In this document: positions 44,641 to 59,028 of the stretch, piece by piece
How positions within the stretch are numbered: position 1 is the stretch's first letter
Layout: every line of letters begins with the position of its first letter
Source: Octopus sinensis
Taxonomy: Eukaryota
Reading direction: 5' to 3'
Assembly (NCBI RefSeq): GCF_006345805.1
Contig: NC_042999.1
Span: forward strand, 86,242,001 to 86,306,000
DNA: 64,000 bases
Made by a program: the position numbers and the translations under genes
The notes under the pieces: model-generated
What the model was told of the DNA's origin: nothing
The model's database searches: none
Seen by the model: only the letters and a program-made list of their open reading frames with translations

Positions 44641-44692
44641 CACACACACATATATATTATATATATATATACACATGAATGCGTATACATGT

Positions 44693-44801
<109 letters not shown>

Positions 44802-45009
44802 TGTATGTAGTATGTATGTATGTATATATATATATATGTGTGTGTGTTTATAAAGTTTTAAAGGTCCCTTTGCATACGTGGTAAATGTATAGGTACAGTC
44901 TTGGTATATACACATTTGGTGGAATAAGAGTATACATATATCAACCGGATACTATAAGTATTTGTATTTATGAATGTATTTGGGTATACACATGTACATG
45001 ATTTATATG

Positions 45010-45074
<65 letters not shown>

Positions 45075-45086
45075 TGTATGTATGTA

Positions 45087-45309
45087 CGTGGGGTTGCTGA
45101 AAAGTTCCTGCTGTAAGAGTATCGCAAAAGACCTGGTTCAAGGCTCAACCGTCCGACTTCCGAGTTCTTTTACAGGGCTTAGAAAAACTGAAGGACCCCT
45201 GCAATAAGTGTTTGAATCTGAGACGGAAATATGTTGAATAAAATCATAATTAACAGATCGTCCTGTATTTTCTTTTACCAAAAACCGGGAACTTTTCAGC
45301 ACCTCCACG
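45087..45309 (+). mobile_element. Mariner-derived MITE
   Basis: TIRs CGTGGGGTTGCTGAAAAGTTCC and GGAACTTTTCAGCACCTCCACG with TA on both sides. The interior retains a transposase C-terminus (GLEKLKDPCNKCLNLRRKYVE*). Confidence 0.9.
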
Positions 45310-45377
45310 TATGTGTATATGTATGTGTATATGTATTTATATGAACATATATAGTTTACCTAATAGTATATATACAT

Positions 45378-45467
<90 letters not shown>

Positions 45468-45719
45468 CATATATAGATATATATATATATATGTGTGTGT
45501 GTGTACAAAGATAGCACATATACATACGTACATTATATGATACTCCTTACATGAACACAATCCCACTTACAAGATTTTGTTATAATAATGTTGATAGTTA
45601 TATTTTCACAGGATGTCATACAATGATACAATATTATAACTTCGTATATAATAAAGAATATAGTAATCAATTAACGCAGATACTTTTGGTATGAATGTGT
45701 GTGTACGTGTGTGTGTGTG

Positions 45720-45765
<46 letters not shown>

Positions 45766-46068
45766 TATATATATACATGCATACATACACACACTAATGA
45801 ATACTATGTGTATTAATTCTGATATAAGCGATCATAGAAAATATCTATACATGTGTGTGTGTATGATTGATAGATAGATAGATAAATTATCCATGTAAAC
45901 AACTATTTTCTCACATTTGTAATATACGTGTAGATGTGTATGTACGTGTGTGTATAATCATAACGCAGGTCCCATAAATGAACAGGGGAATTACTAGTGA
46001 TGCATCGTTTGATTAGGGACAAGCTTACGCACAGTCGTAGATTCTTATACATCTTTATTTCAGCCTGG

Positions 46069-46161
<93 letters not shown>

Positions 46162-46196
46162 TATACATATTGGTGTGTGTGTATATACATACATAT

Positions 46197-46248
<52 letters not shown>

Positions 46249-46669
46249 ATATATATACATACACATACATACATGCATACACATGTCTGTATGTATAGAA
46301 AAAGAGAGAGAATGAGAGAGAGAGAAATAGCTGGATGTATATATTGAGACAGACAGGTAGCTATATACAGAGTGAGAGAGAAGTGTATGTGACTAACAAT
46401 ATGTTTTTTGCATAAAATTCATAAAACATATACACTCATAAAATATATATACTTTGTCATTATGTATAGTATGTGTGCGTGCAGGTGCGTGTGTTTCTAG
46501 GTCTGTGTTTATGTCATGCATCGTATACGTGTGCGTGTGTGTTTATGTTAGCATATGTGTGCTTGTAAGGGAGAAAGAATTTGCTGAAATAAAGTTATAT
46601 ATGGCAGAAATGTCTAGGAAAAAGTTAATCGATGAGATGATAATATTTGGTAGTGAAAAGTGTACTTAC

Positions 46670-46788
46670 CACCACATTCCAGTTGTGGCTGACGGCTCTA
46701 TCACACTGTATATACAAAAACAAGCGAAAATAATGGAGACCGGCGAAAAAACTGATCTGCCATTCCACATAACAGAACTTTGGGCCAT
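46670..46788 (-). CDS. First coding exon of a secreted protein, most likely a Wnt ligand (Wnt6-like): MAQSSVMWNGRSVFSPVSIIFACFCIYSVIEPSATTGMW-W
   Basis: ATG in good context (GAAATGG), hydrophobic signal-peptide core, ending GGA ATG TGG TG|GTAAGT (consensus donor, phase 2). Signal peptide plus WW split by a phase-2 intron is the usual Wnt exon-1 layout, and GMWW resembles Wnt6 GLWW. Downstream exons were not found in the window. Confidence 0.6.
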
Positions 46789-47899
46789 TTCTCCGACGAT
46801 CTTAAGAAATCCTGGTATTGTATAGTCGGTGCTTGGTGTTATATCTACCTTCTATATAATGTTTTAGTAGTTGTGTTTAGTAAGTTTTATTCCGAATTTA
46901 CTATTATATAATAATATTAATTAACTTATTTAATCCTTTTTCATCCATCACACATTCAAAAATCCATAAATATATATTTACATAAGTATAAATAGAACTA
47001 CATATATAAAAAATATATACATATATGTATGTGTGTGTGTGCGTGTACGTGCGCGCTCATGTAAGTGTGTGCGTGTGAGCGTTCGCGCGTGTGTGTTTGT
47101 GAGAAGAGAGAGGGGAAAAGTGTGATATTGGAAGGGAAAGAAATATAGAAGAGAGACTTGTCTATTTACAGATTGTGCACTTATAAATAAATAGATTGAT
47201 GTATTGACAAACGTGAAGTCAAAGTGATAGATAAATAGATAGACAGATAAGACAGAGAGAGGGAGAGAGAAGGAGGAGGGAAGAGAGTAAGATAGATGGA
47301 TAGAGAGATAGCTGTACACTGTATTCAACACAGCGTATTTGTTGCTAATGCTCTCTTGAATTTAATGATGATAAAAGTACAAGTAGGATTAATTTATAAG
47401 TAGGAAGAACTTAACTATGAAGTATATCTCTCAGCACACGCAAATACGCGAGTAATATTTTAAGTTATTCTTAAGAAGCTTGCATAGGTATTTTTAATGG
47501 AATTTTGAACCAATGGATAAATGCACCAGTAAAATTGTCTTTTGAAGATATAATTATTTCAACTCAATATATAATCATGTATGCATGTATGTATGTATGT
47601 ATGTATGTATGTATGTATGTATGTATGTATGTATGTATGTATGTATGTATGTGTGTGTGTGTGTGCGTACGTATGTGTGTATTTATGTATGAATGTATAT
47701 ATGTGCCTATTTATTAATATACTTATATACAATATATACAAACGTGCTTATATCAAATTTAAATATTTTTGTGTTGATTGGTGTATGGCTTATAAACAGA
47801 TAAATTCTGTGTAAATATGTTTGCTTTTCTTTTCTTTACATTTAAATGTATTGTATTTTTCTCTAGAATTTCGATAGTTCTACTCCTAAAACAACTTTT

Positions 47900-48864
47900 T
47901 GCTGCCAAAACATTTTCTCGCGTTCTCTTTTACTTTCATCTCTTACTTTCTCCTTTTTCTCTCTTTCTTTCTCTCATACACACACACACAAGCCGAGACA
48001 CTCACACACGCATACATACACACACTTTTTCTCTTTTCCTTTTTACCTTCTCCTTCTCTTTCTTTCTCCCTAAATTTTTTTTCTCTCCCCCCTTTTTTTT
48101 TCTCCTCTCTCTTTCTTTTGCTACTTTTCTTTAAGCGTTGTGTCTCAACACGTTCGGTTTCACGTTGCTCTTCCTCTTTTGGTATAACAATCCTTTAATA
48201 TAGCAAACACTTCCTTGGATGCATCCGCGTCTGTCCGGTCACGCTGTACAGCAGTAACTTGCTTCAATGAACTTTTCTTAAGTAATTACTTATTCCTTTA
48301 TTCTGGTTATCATAATTCTTTTTTTTTTTTTTACAACAAAAATAATCAACAACAGTAATAACAACCACAAAATCAACAACTACAACGTTCGCTAATGTTA
48401 TTGTAACATGCTTTGTGTCAAAGGATGTTTTGCTGGGTTTTTTAACTTATCGTTGTTAAGCTATTGGCATCGTCGCACTGCCTGTCCCGTGTTTCTTTGA
48501 TAATTTCATTTATTCTTTCAAATTATTCATAATTGTTGTTGTTGTTGTTGTTCTTTTAGAGGAGTGTCTTTAAAGTAAAAATAGGCGTTTTGGTTTCGTT
48601 GTTGCTGTTGTTGTTGTTTGATTCAGTATGTTTTCTAATTGGTTTGTCGATAATATCTAAAAACTTTCTCCTACAATAAGCTCCTTTTCTATCAGTTTGT
48701 GGGAGCCAGCTGGGCAGTTGTTAGGGCCGAGTTTGGTTGCCGAGTGGAGAGCCGAGGTATGACGCTCGGTACTGAGAGACTGATGGAACATCATAGCCTT
48801 AGAGAAATTAGAAACGAGGAAGTAAGGGAGGGGAAGAAAGAGGTTAGGCCCAGACGACAATATA

Positions 48865-48899
<35 letters not shown>

Positions 48900-49008
48900 T
48901 GACACTGGTGTTTCCCTTTGGGTTGTTTTTACTGCTGCTACTACTACTCATGTCGCTTATTGCTAGTGACGGCAGAAACAACGAGTAAGAAGAACAGCAT
49001 ATCAACCA

Positions 49009-49040
<32 letters not shown>

Positions 49041-49560
49041 TTATATAGCAATAACAACAACAATAGCTATTGCTAGTGCGCGACCAGAAAGGAACCAGTA
49101 AAACAAACGACAGACATAACGAAGGCTCGCTAAAGCTGCTGCTGCTACTATTGCTGCTGCTGCTGCTGTTACTGCTGCTATGTGTGCAGGAGGCGGCGAC
49201 AGTTTGTCGGCCTAAGGTTGTGTTTCCCCGCCTTTTTTTTCCATTCTGAAACAGAAACTTTGCAAAAAAAAAAAAAAAAAGAAAAAAAAGAGAGCTTATA
49301 ACACACACACACACGGTCAATGACGTTGTTGGCCGTATCTTTTGCATACGTACATACAGAAACACACACACACGCGCACACACATACATGCGCGGCGCGT
49401 ACACACGCACATGCACACAGAACACAGTGAGTGATAAAATCAGATTTATCTGCAAAGCTGGGGCAATCTTAGCGCTGGATGGAAGTCGATCTGGATGCGA
49501 TGTGGCCGAGTGGAAAACTGCAATAAGTCATCGAAAGGGAACGATTTAAGTTATGAAAAC
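47900..49560 (-). promoter_or_regulatory. Candidate promoter / long 5' UTR of the minus-strand gene
   Basis: TE-free and locally CpG-richer (CGCGGCGCG, TGACGT), with (CAG)/(CAA)/(TAG) runs, 1-3 kb upstream of the signal-peptide exon. Positional inference only. Confidence 0.35.
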
Positions 49561-50928
49561 CTGCATTTGCTGGGAACTACCGTCCATTATCAAGTAAAAA
49601 AAAAAAGCAAAAACAACAGCAAAGCTAATTGATTCATAACAATTTCAGGTGATATAAATACATACGTACATACATACACACATTATATATATATATATAT
49701 ACACACACAAACATATGTATCCATACACGCATATATATATATATGTGGTTATATGTGTAAGGTGAGTATAGGGGTTCAAAGCTAATCTTTCTTTTTTCCT
49801 ATTTTCTTTGTTATTTAGCAATCACCACCACTACCAACACCACCCCACATTACCATCATCATCATTCGCATCATCCTTAACGTAACCACCGCCAACACAT
49901 TCATCATTGTCGCCGTCGTCAGTTACAAATGTAGTAGTAGTAGTAAGATTTTTTTTTCTTTGCAAATTCAAGCATGTTTGGGTCAGTAGTGTGTTTTTAT
50001 ATTTATGCGTGTAATGTGTGTGTATGCATGTATTTATGTATGTCTAAATATAATGCGTTCGTTATATGTTATTTTTATATTTATCATAATTTTAATCAAG
50101 AATTTCATTTGGGTTGTGACTTAATCTATCTGGGAATATGTATGTTTGTGTATACACATATACACAAGAAGTATAAGAAGTTGCATTTACTGCTTGTAGG
50201 CCGACTCAAGACTAGCACCCCTCTTGCATGCTATCTGTTTTTAATGCGATTGTACGAAAGTAACCGAGGTAGTATGCATTCTTTTGGTGGCGGCAAGCAA
50301 GAAAAGGAACTAGAAATATACAGCCTCTGAGTTTTAAATCTCTCTAAAGTGAATTTAAAATTAATATTTATACCTCCATTTTGCACACAGATTTGTTTAA
50401 TGGATGTTAGAGGTAGGCAGAAAGTTTGCCTTCATACATTACTGAATCTGGTTTGAGGTTCGTGTTTATCAAAAACAATCTCGTCCTATCACAGACACTG
50501 CCTTCTAAACACGGGATTGTAGAATATACATGGATGTTTGGTGTTGATTTAATGTACAAAACCGTCTCTTGTTGTAAAATAGGCTTTGTTGTTAGTCAAA
50601 ATATATAAATTATTGTTGGATTAATAAAATAATTTCGTCATATATATGAATTTATGTTTGCTGGTCGATTCCTGTGTGTAATATATGATGAAGTCTTTCT
50701 TATGAGAATTCTAAACGAATTAATCAAAATCTACAAGCACACACATATACACACAACCCTCCTCATACACATGTTCATGTCCCACAAGAATATCTTGCAA
50801 AATTACATACATGCGAGTACGTGCATGTACATATGTTTTTCCTTTTTTTTTCCTTGAAGCCAAATACAATCATGCACGGCTGGAATTATTTTGTTTGTAC
50901 TGCGTTGAATTGTGTTGTTGTATAGTAT

Positions 50929-50961
<33 letters not shown>

Positions 50962-51044
50962 ATGTAAGACCAGAACTGTAAACTAGAGCCAACAACAACT
51001 TTTTATTTTCTGAAGGATAAAAAGGAAAAAAACGCAACCAAGTA

Positions 51045-51256
51045 CGCGGGGGTACTGAAAAGGTCCTGTCTTTGGGTAAAAGAAAATACAGGACGACCAG
51101 TTAATTATGGTTCTAATCAGCATATTCCCGTCTCAGATTCACACACGAATTGCAGCGGTCCTTCAGTTTTTATAAACCTTGTAAAAGAACTCGGAAGGTT
51201 GAACCTCGAACCTTTCGTGGTGCCCTTTAGGCCAGGAACTTTTCAGCTCTCCCTGG
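51045..51256 (-). mobile_element. Second copy of the mariner MITE
   Basis: Reverse complement of 45087-45309, flanked by TA. Confidence 0.85.
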
Positions 51257-51277
51257 TACAGATTTCGGATATTCACA

Positions 51278-51487
51278 ACTGGCAGAAACGTTAGCACGCC
51301 GGGCGAAATGCGTAGCCGTATTTCGTCTGTCGTTACGTTCTGAGTTCAAATTCCGCCGAGGTCGACTTTGCCTTTCATCCTTTAGGGGTCGATAAATTAA
51401 GTACCAGTTACGCACTGGGGTCGATGTAATCGACTTAATCTGTTTGTCCTCTCTGTGTTTAGCCCCTTGTGGGTAGTAAAGAAATAA
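51278..51487 (+). mobile_element. Young SINE family 1 copy with tail A and a 13-bp TSD
   Basis: GATATTCACAACT at 51268-51280 and 51488-51500. Ends TGTCCTCTCTGTGTTTAGCCCCTTGTGGGTAGTAAAGAAATAA. Confidence 0.9.
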
Positions 51488-51534
51488 GATATTCACAACT
51501 TCATCGCATCGGCGCACATTTATTCCCACGTCTT

Positions 51535-51754
51535 TTATCTTCTACTTGTTTCGGTCATAGGGCTACGGCTATGCTGGGGCACCGCCTTGAAGGTTTTTTT
51601 TTTTATTCGAACGAATCGACCACAGCACTTATTTTGTTAATGCCTGGTACTTATTCTATCGATATCTTTGGCCAGTTACGGTGGACGTAAACAAACCGAC
51701 ACCGGTTGTCAATCGGACAACACAAAGATACACAGAGACAGATACATACATGCA

Positions 51755-51794
<40 letters not shown>

Positions 51795-51925
51795 AGTTTC
51801 CGATTACCGAATCCACTAGGAAAAACTTCGGTCGGCCCGGGGCTATAGTGGGATACATTTGCCCAAGATGTCATGCAGTGGGACGGAATCCGTAACAATG
51901 CGATTGAGACTCTTCTTACCACACA
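51535..51925 (-). mobile_element. SINE family 2 copy
   Basis: ATGCTGGGGCACCGCCTTGAAG...TTTCAGTTTCCG...GCAGTGGGAC. Confidence 0.8.
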
Positions 51926-52689
51926 CGTACATTCATAAACGAGAATGATATACATAAATGCATATATAATACAAACGTGCGTGTAAGTATGTCATTGTCT
52001 TGCTCCATATCAGCTCTTATCAAGAAAAGGCCTATGCTCAAAGGCGTTCCAGTCATGGGTGACCTAACTTTAGTATATCAGGCATTATATTGTTCAATTT
52101 AGCCTTATGAGGGACATTTGACAATTATTTCGAGCAGGTCTAGCACGATGTAGAGGTTCCCTCTCCCCTGTACATATATATATATATATATATATTTGTG
52201 CATGCGTGAGTGTATCTGTGTAAAGGCATTAGACGCGGGTTTTTGAATGAAGCCGATAGTAATATAAACGTGATATTGAAAATGTTTGACACGTTTCCTA
52301 CTTAGAAAAGTATTTACACTCTTATCACATGAAGTAGTTTTTTTCTTATAGAAATAAAACGATCCGTCTGTGTCACTCTGTATGTATGTATGTATGTATC
52401 TATCTATCTATCTACCGAAAGACAGATAGGTATGTTTGTATGCAATGTATGCACAAGAACGTGTATGTATAAAAATAATTGCTCGAATGTGCGTACATAT
52501 TATACACAAATATGTTCACACCCGGTGTATAGAGACGCGCAAACACACGCACGCACTCTCACACATGCATTATTTATTTCTGATATTGTGTATGATGTTT
52601 ATAATACATAAATACATACATACATACATATGTATAAATACATGCATACATGCCTATGTATGCACACATACATACATTTTTATATATAG

Positions 52690-52727
<38 letters not shown>

Positions 52728-54135
52728 TTGTGAACAGGGTGGACGTTGTCTCACAAACATAAGTGTTAGTAAATGTAGTCGGATTGAGCTAAAAATGTGC
52801 ACACCTATGTTAAAAGTGCTGGGGAGTTTGCATGGCAACTTTGAGTTTGCTCAGTTGAAAGGTGTGACCTCTAGGGCAAAATGCCTCATCTTTAAAATGT
52901 GGCCCAAGTATATACAGGAGTGGCGTTTGTTGCTATCGTTTAACATTAGAGGCGGGCTAGCATCATGTGCATCTTTTTAAGATACTAAGTGAAATTTTAG
53001 GGAGATATTGTGTGTTATTTCTACCCGGTAGTGTGATTATGTATAGATCATTTCTTGTGAATTCCTGGGACAGCCCCACCTCCAATGTTAAATCACTGCC
53101 ATAGACTGAATTCGAAACACGAATCTATTATTTTGCCCTTATCAACCCTAATATGTATTAAACATTTATCATTACAAGCAGACGAACTGAGGGTGGTGGA
53201 TTGGCAGACTCAACGGAGCATCGAGCAAAAATTTTTCGAGGTATGTTTTTTTTTTATTTATATTTTGAGTTCAAATTACCGTGGGATCATCTTTACTTTT
53301 GTTTCCTCCGGGATCAGTAAAGTAAGGTTTTTTTCCTCCGGTGTCAGTAAAGTGAGGGTCGATTTAAGCGAATAAGCCCTCGTACAATATTTCAGCTACT
53401 GTCAAGGATGGTACATTTGTAGGATCTTATAGTGTGTCCCACTTGAGTTCAAATTCTGCCGGAATCATCATTGACTGTCATACTTGTCTGCTTGATAGAA
53501 AAAAGTACCTGTCAAGTACTGAGGTCAACATTATTAACTATGCAGCTCCACCCAAATGAATTTAAGGCTTCATGCCTATATTAGAAAGTATTAGTATTTC
53601 TTTTGAGTAAATGAACAGACATTTGTCTTTTTAAAGCACACTCACTTCCAAACGATTTTTCTAATGGCTTTAAGATAGTTGTTCTAGTTGGTGAATTTAT
53701 AAAATTATTTCCTCTGTTAATGCTTATTGGTTGTGGTTATGTGCCATCGAAAGTAAAAGTCTGTTCCTCCCTACCCCTAAAAATCTTCGCCTCTTTGTTC
53801 ATAATGTATATTCTTTCAATTTTTTATTGGTTCCAGTCAGATGGAACTGCTTCTATAATCTCCCAGGAAACGTAATTTATTTATAATATGTTTAATTTAT
53901 ATTCATTTTGTTTTTTCCTAAAATGCATGAAAACATCACTGTATTTCACAGAACTATTTTGATCTGTGCCCTATATTTCAATATATTTTCTTTGTCATTA
54001 AGTTTCGGTTTAGCACATCAAACTCTACAAAGACTCATATAAGGAAAAAGCAGTTGAATTTTGTAAGGTTGGTGCCCGTTTCGAAGCCATTTGTCATACG
54101 TAAAGTGAAATGAATTGAATGAGAATCAGACTGGC

Positions 54136-54694
54136 GGATCTAAGACAATTCTCCGTAATGCATTTCGCCGTAGGACAATTGGCTGTAGGACTATTTGCAA
54201 TAAAAAAAATAATAATGAAGGTCATACACTTTATCTAAAAACATGAAAGTCATACACTTTATTTAAAAAGTTAAGCTAAAAAAATCAAAAAGTTAAAAAT
54301 CATGTAAGTTCATTACAATTGCACGCAAATAATGTTCTTTATTTTGATCGTAACCTCTGACAATGCTTAGTATGCTCTTATAAATATCTTTGTATTTTTT
54401 CTTGATTGCTGTTTCTCCTCTTACTGTATCGTTCACCTATTTTTTAGAAAGTGGTTTTCTCAAGACATTGAAAAATGATCTTTCTCACATTTAAACGACC
54501 TTTCTGTTTTTAAATTATCATTTTATCAATTATCGAAAATAACTACTGTAAATACTGTTCCTTTATCTACCTTATTTAATTAAGAACGCAATTTCAAGTT
54601 TTTGAGCTTTACGGCAAAATGTCCTTGCAGTAAAATATCCATATGACGAATAGTCCCACAGCGATTTTGTTTACGGCAAATTGTCCGGTCATCC
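54136..54694. mobile_element. Non-autonomous DNA transposon with imperfect TIRs built from ~15-bp repeats and an 8-bp TSD
   Basis: Ends GGAT...ATCC. Subterminal (GGACAATTTGCCGTA)-like repeats are inverted at the two ends. Flanks are AGACTGGC (54128-54135) and AGACTGGT (54695-54702). Confidence 0.7.
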
Positions 54695-57600
54695 AGACTG
54701 GTAACCTGTCTATTCCAGACCTCAACTTTTTCAGTTATAGTAATGTTGTCAGTTTCTTCATTCTAATTCCTTAAAACTACTTATCCAACAAGCAGGTCCT
54801 ACACACACACTCACACTCTCTTATTCACATAATACAAAGGTAGGTGCATTTATAATCACTAATTACACTCATACATATTATGCGTTTATGGATGTTGTAA
54901 CACTCACGTATATACAGTTATTTATTCTTTTACTTGTTTCAGCCATGGGGCTGCTGCTGTTCTGGGACACCATCTCGAAGACTTTAGTCAACCAAGTCGC
55001 CCCTGTGCTATATATGTGTGTATATATTTTTTTTTATTATTTAGCAATGTGAGAAGACAGAGTTGTTGTTTAGCATCAGTCAGCCATTTTACTTATTTTG
55101 TTCCCTATCAAATTCACTGGGAGGGCATTAATTAGTAGAGAACACCTACCCATAGTACCACGCAGTGGGACTGAATTATAGAGCTGGAGTCGTATGTTTC
55201 AGGAGAAAAACTATTTTAAAAGAATTATTTCCATATATACACTCTCACGATGCTATCCGTTGTTTTATTGTGGGCCATATCCTGAAGAGACGAATGTCCA
55301 TTCTGACTCACGTACAAATTAGTTTTAATGTTGCCACATTGTGGAAAATGAAGGCTGTATCACTTTAAAGGTAAGTGCTAAGTGTTGCACTATATTTTTC
55401 ATGCGAAAAAAAAAATCAACGCTTAAATATTGGAATTTTCTTTTTAAAATTTGAATCTATAAGAAAGGAATAAAAGTTGTACTTTGATTCTAAATTGCTC
55501 TTTCGATTCTTTATTATAAATATAGATATCTTCAGTTCTATAAAAAAAACTTGTTTATATATATATATTTTTTGCGACTTCATATTTATGGTTTCAAATT
55601 TATTGACAGCTCATACATGATGTCATATCTACTTTAAACAGAAAAAATGCGGCGAAATTCTGTTATTTAAATGTTATACATAATAATGGACTAAAGACCA
55701 ATGTTCCTGCATATCATACAAGAAATTATGATAACAGATTTAATGGTATATATATAGAAGAAATTATTGTATAATGATATACACATCGGCAAATGAATTC
55801 GTAAAACGGCGAAATTATCAGACAGACTTTAAAATATCGACTATCGTTACACATTTGGAATGTTCTGTTATTCAATCTCATAAATACTAATGTTCCATCT
55901 AAATATATAAAGCTGGTAATTCCCTTGCACACCCCATAAGTTTTGTTTTAGAGAACTGAGACCCTACTTCATTCCACTTTGAGATAAGATACAAACTACT
56001 GAAGTTCCTTTTACGAAGAAAGAAAAGTTGTTACTGTTCGTTCTAGATATATACTCCTTTCTGTCTCGCTGTCTGAGCTGAGATAAGGTGTTTATATTAG
56101 CTTCTGCATCTCGTATAAAACTCAAAGATCTTTGAAGATAGAGCAATAGGTTGTTAAATGTTTTGTTGTCGTCGAGTATATTGTAAAGCAATAATCCCGA
56201 AAAGTTTTTGGATCCTTAAGTGAAGATATGTGGTGTTAATCTCGTTTAAATGTATTCTGAGTAAAGTCACACTTAGCCAAACGCTCTATGGTACACATCC
56301 TGTCACCGGTGGTGTGTTGTCATTTTGACCGGTCAGTCAAGCAGGTACTAGATGTTCTTCACCTGAAGAAGTAGATGTTCAAATCTCTTTAGTTTGCAGT
56401 GTTATATTCAAAATTTCTCATCAACTTTCGATGATAATGGTAGTCATTAAGATTATGACTAGTCTAGTTTTTCAACTATGGAGCTTCCTGAAATTAACTC
56501 CTTTCTTTACATGGAAGAATATTGAAAAAATTGGCGTTCATTTCATTCCGAAGTCTTGGTAATATGAAATAAATCTGCATCAGTAGGCATTTTAGAGTAG
56601 TTTACAGACAAACTTTCAACCTCAGAATTCTAAAATATATTCATTTTTGTCTTTTTTGATGACATACTGGAACATTTAGCCAAGACAGTCTAAGTTTATT
56701 AGTGAAGAATTAAAGTATGTTCTGATACAAGAAATGATGTTTTAAGGGTGTTTTAATGTAGAAGGAGAAATAAATTTTGATAGCCGTTGCTTTAGCGAGA
56801 TTATCAGTGACATAAAATAGTTTGAACTGTGGATCGAAATAGATTTGCAGACTTGTCTTTCTTTAAACTTACTTAGCTTTAGCCTAACTCTAAAATCTCA
56901 GAAGAAACGTCCAAGAGATCAGAATTATGAAACATTAATTAAATAAAACCATATTTATAGCTTATATAATAAAAAAGTACCCTTGTTTTAGATCACAGAC
57001 CTGCAGCAGCGTTGACATAATCTTCCAAGTAGAGTGTGCAAGGCTTGATAATACCTTAGGAGTCATAACGGTAGGGACTATAGATGATCAAAAGTTCCTT
57101 CCGTGATTGACAAACGAAAAATATTTGCAGACGCTAATTAAATCTGTTTGATAAGTGGATAAATAAAATATATTTTTCTTCAAATCAGACAGAATTGACT
57201 TCAAGTTAAATGTCCTTCAACATCAATAAAAGTATTGTAAGGTCGAGTCATTTAACTATTCTTACTCTTCCATCATATGCACTATACTATTTATTAATGA
57301 GACACATATACATAAGTTTTTCTTTGTAATAAGTATCTTACTAGTATTGCAAAAGATCTGTCATTAGAAAGTCAACAGCTCTTGTACCGATCGCTAATAC
57401 TATTTCACCTACCACTCTCAATTCAATGTGTTAGACATCAAACAATATTTTATATCAACGGGCCAGTTCTCCTTCGCAACTTAATACTGAACGAAATGAC
57501 TAGAATACATCTCAGAACCTGTTCCTGAAGGAAATCCACCCTCCAAAGACCGAAAACTAATCGAATTTATAACTTATATTTCAAAGTGACCATTTGGTGC

Positions 57601-57760
57601 ATCGAATGGTAGTGAAATCATTTATGTACACTTTGTATTATCGTCATCATCTATAATTCCACTGTGGTAAAATTCTCATTTTATTCTTTTAGGATAATTA
57701 ATACCACCATATTATATACATACGGAGATGGATTAGATTAACAATATTCGCTCCCTAAAA

Positions 57761-58086
57761 AAGGCGGCGAACTGGCAGAAACGTTCTGAGTTCAAATTCC
57801 GCCGAGGTTGACTTTGCCTTTCATCCTTTCGGAGTCGGTACCAGTTACGCACTGGGGTCGATATAATCGACTTAATCCGTTTGTCTGTCCTTGTTTGTCC
57901 TCTCTGTGTTTAGCTTCACGTGGGTAGTAAGGAAATAGGTATTTCAGCTGTTTTTACGCCGAGGTCGACTTTGCCTTTCATGTTTTCGAGGTTCGATAAA
58001 TCAAGTACCAGCTGCATACTGGGGTCGATCTAATCAACTGACCCCCTCCCGAAAAGATTTCGGGCCTTGTGACTAGAGTAGAAAAG
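57761..58086 (+). mobile_element. SINE family 1 dimer (head-body-tailA-body-tailB) with an 18-bp TSD
   Basis: AATATTC(G/A)CTCCCTAAAA at 57743-57760 and 58087-58104. Tail A is joined to GGTATTTC at ~57938. Confidence 0.85.
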
Positions 58087-59002
58087 AATATTCACTCCCT
58101 AAAAGATATACGAAGACATAAGTTCCAGGTAAGACTTTTTAGAACAAATTCGATTCGTCATTGCATTAATTTCAACGAACGTATTTTCAAATAAAATATT
58201 TGTTTGCTAACGCTTTTATTGGAAAAGATGTAAGGTTGTGTTGTATTTCAGCAAAAGATTCAGTACAATGATGTAGCACTATCTCGGCGAATTCTACTGC
58301 GAGAAGTCTTCTAGATCAATGCAAGAAATTTGTTAGCAAAATGTCATACTTACAAGGTATTTTGTTCTAGGATGGTAGTTCGGTGATCCAATTTGTAATT
58401 ATGTAGTGCATCTGAGCCGCCACCTCTAAATATTTGTCGGTGTAGTAGTCATACAGAAAATGCAAACTCTTGGGGTTTTAGAATTACTGATGATAATCCA
58501 ATACAGAGACAAATACTAAAATTACAAGCTAAAATCGTATTCGTGTATATACTTACATGTGCCTTTAACGTGAGTAAAAAATATGTTTAAGCCAATTAAT
58601 ATTACAGTTGTATTGAAAAGAAAAAGCCGTTAACTTAAAAATTTCCTGTGCATTTGATATGTATTTTTGTGTCAACTGTTTTAGTTGAACAATTGCAATC
58701 CCGCTTTTAGTAACACTCAACACAAAATGAATCAGAAATCAAAAGAAAAGCTAACAATCAAATAAACCATGAACACAACTGAAGCTAGCGGCAAAAACAA
58801 AGTAAACTTAAAACAGAGATCATAGAGATCAAAATGTTAAAGGAAACAAACACAAATATGTAAAGCAGGTGATTTGGTATTGTTAGAAAGGTTTAAAAAA
58901 ATAAGGGTATAAGTGTATATATAGCTGTATAGATGACAGGAAATATAAACTTTGCATATCGATGGCACAAGTGGTATATTATAAGGATGTTTAAGACGAA
59001 TA

Positions 59003-59025
59003 AAGTGGCGAGCTGGCAGAAACGT
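59003..59025 (+). mobile_element. 5' head of a SINE family 1 copy, the target of the tandem array
   Basis: AAGTGGCGAGCTGGCAGAAACGT matches the family head AAGGCGGCGAGCTGGCAGAAACGTTAGCAC. Confidence 0.8.
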
Positions 59026-59028
59026 CAC

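Noticed and set aside
46454-46825. 123-aa plus-strand ORF
   Set aside because: Overlaps in antisense the much better supported minus-strand signal-peptide exon, and starts in TG-rich low-complexity sequence.
48657-49455. Poly-Ala/Ser/Cys/Val ORFs
   Set aside because: Products of (CTG)/(CTA) trinucleotide runs, with no domain or splice support.
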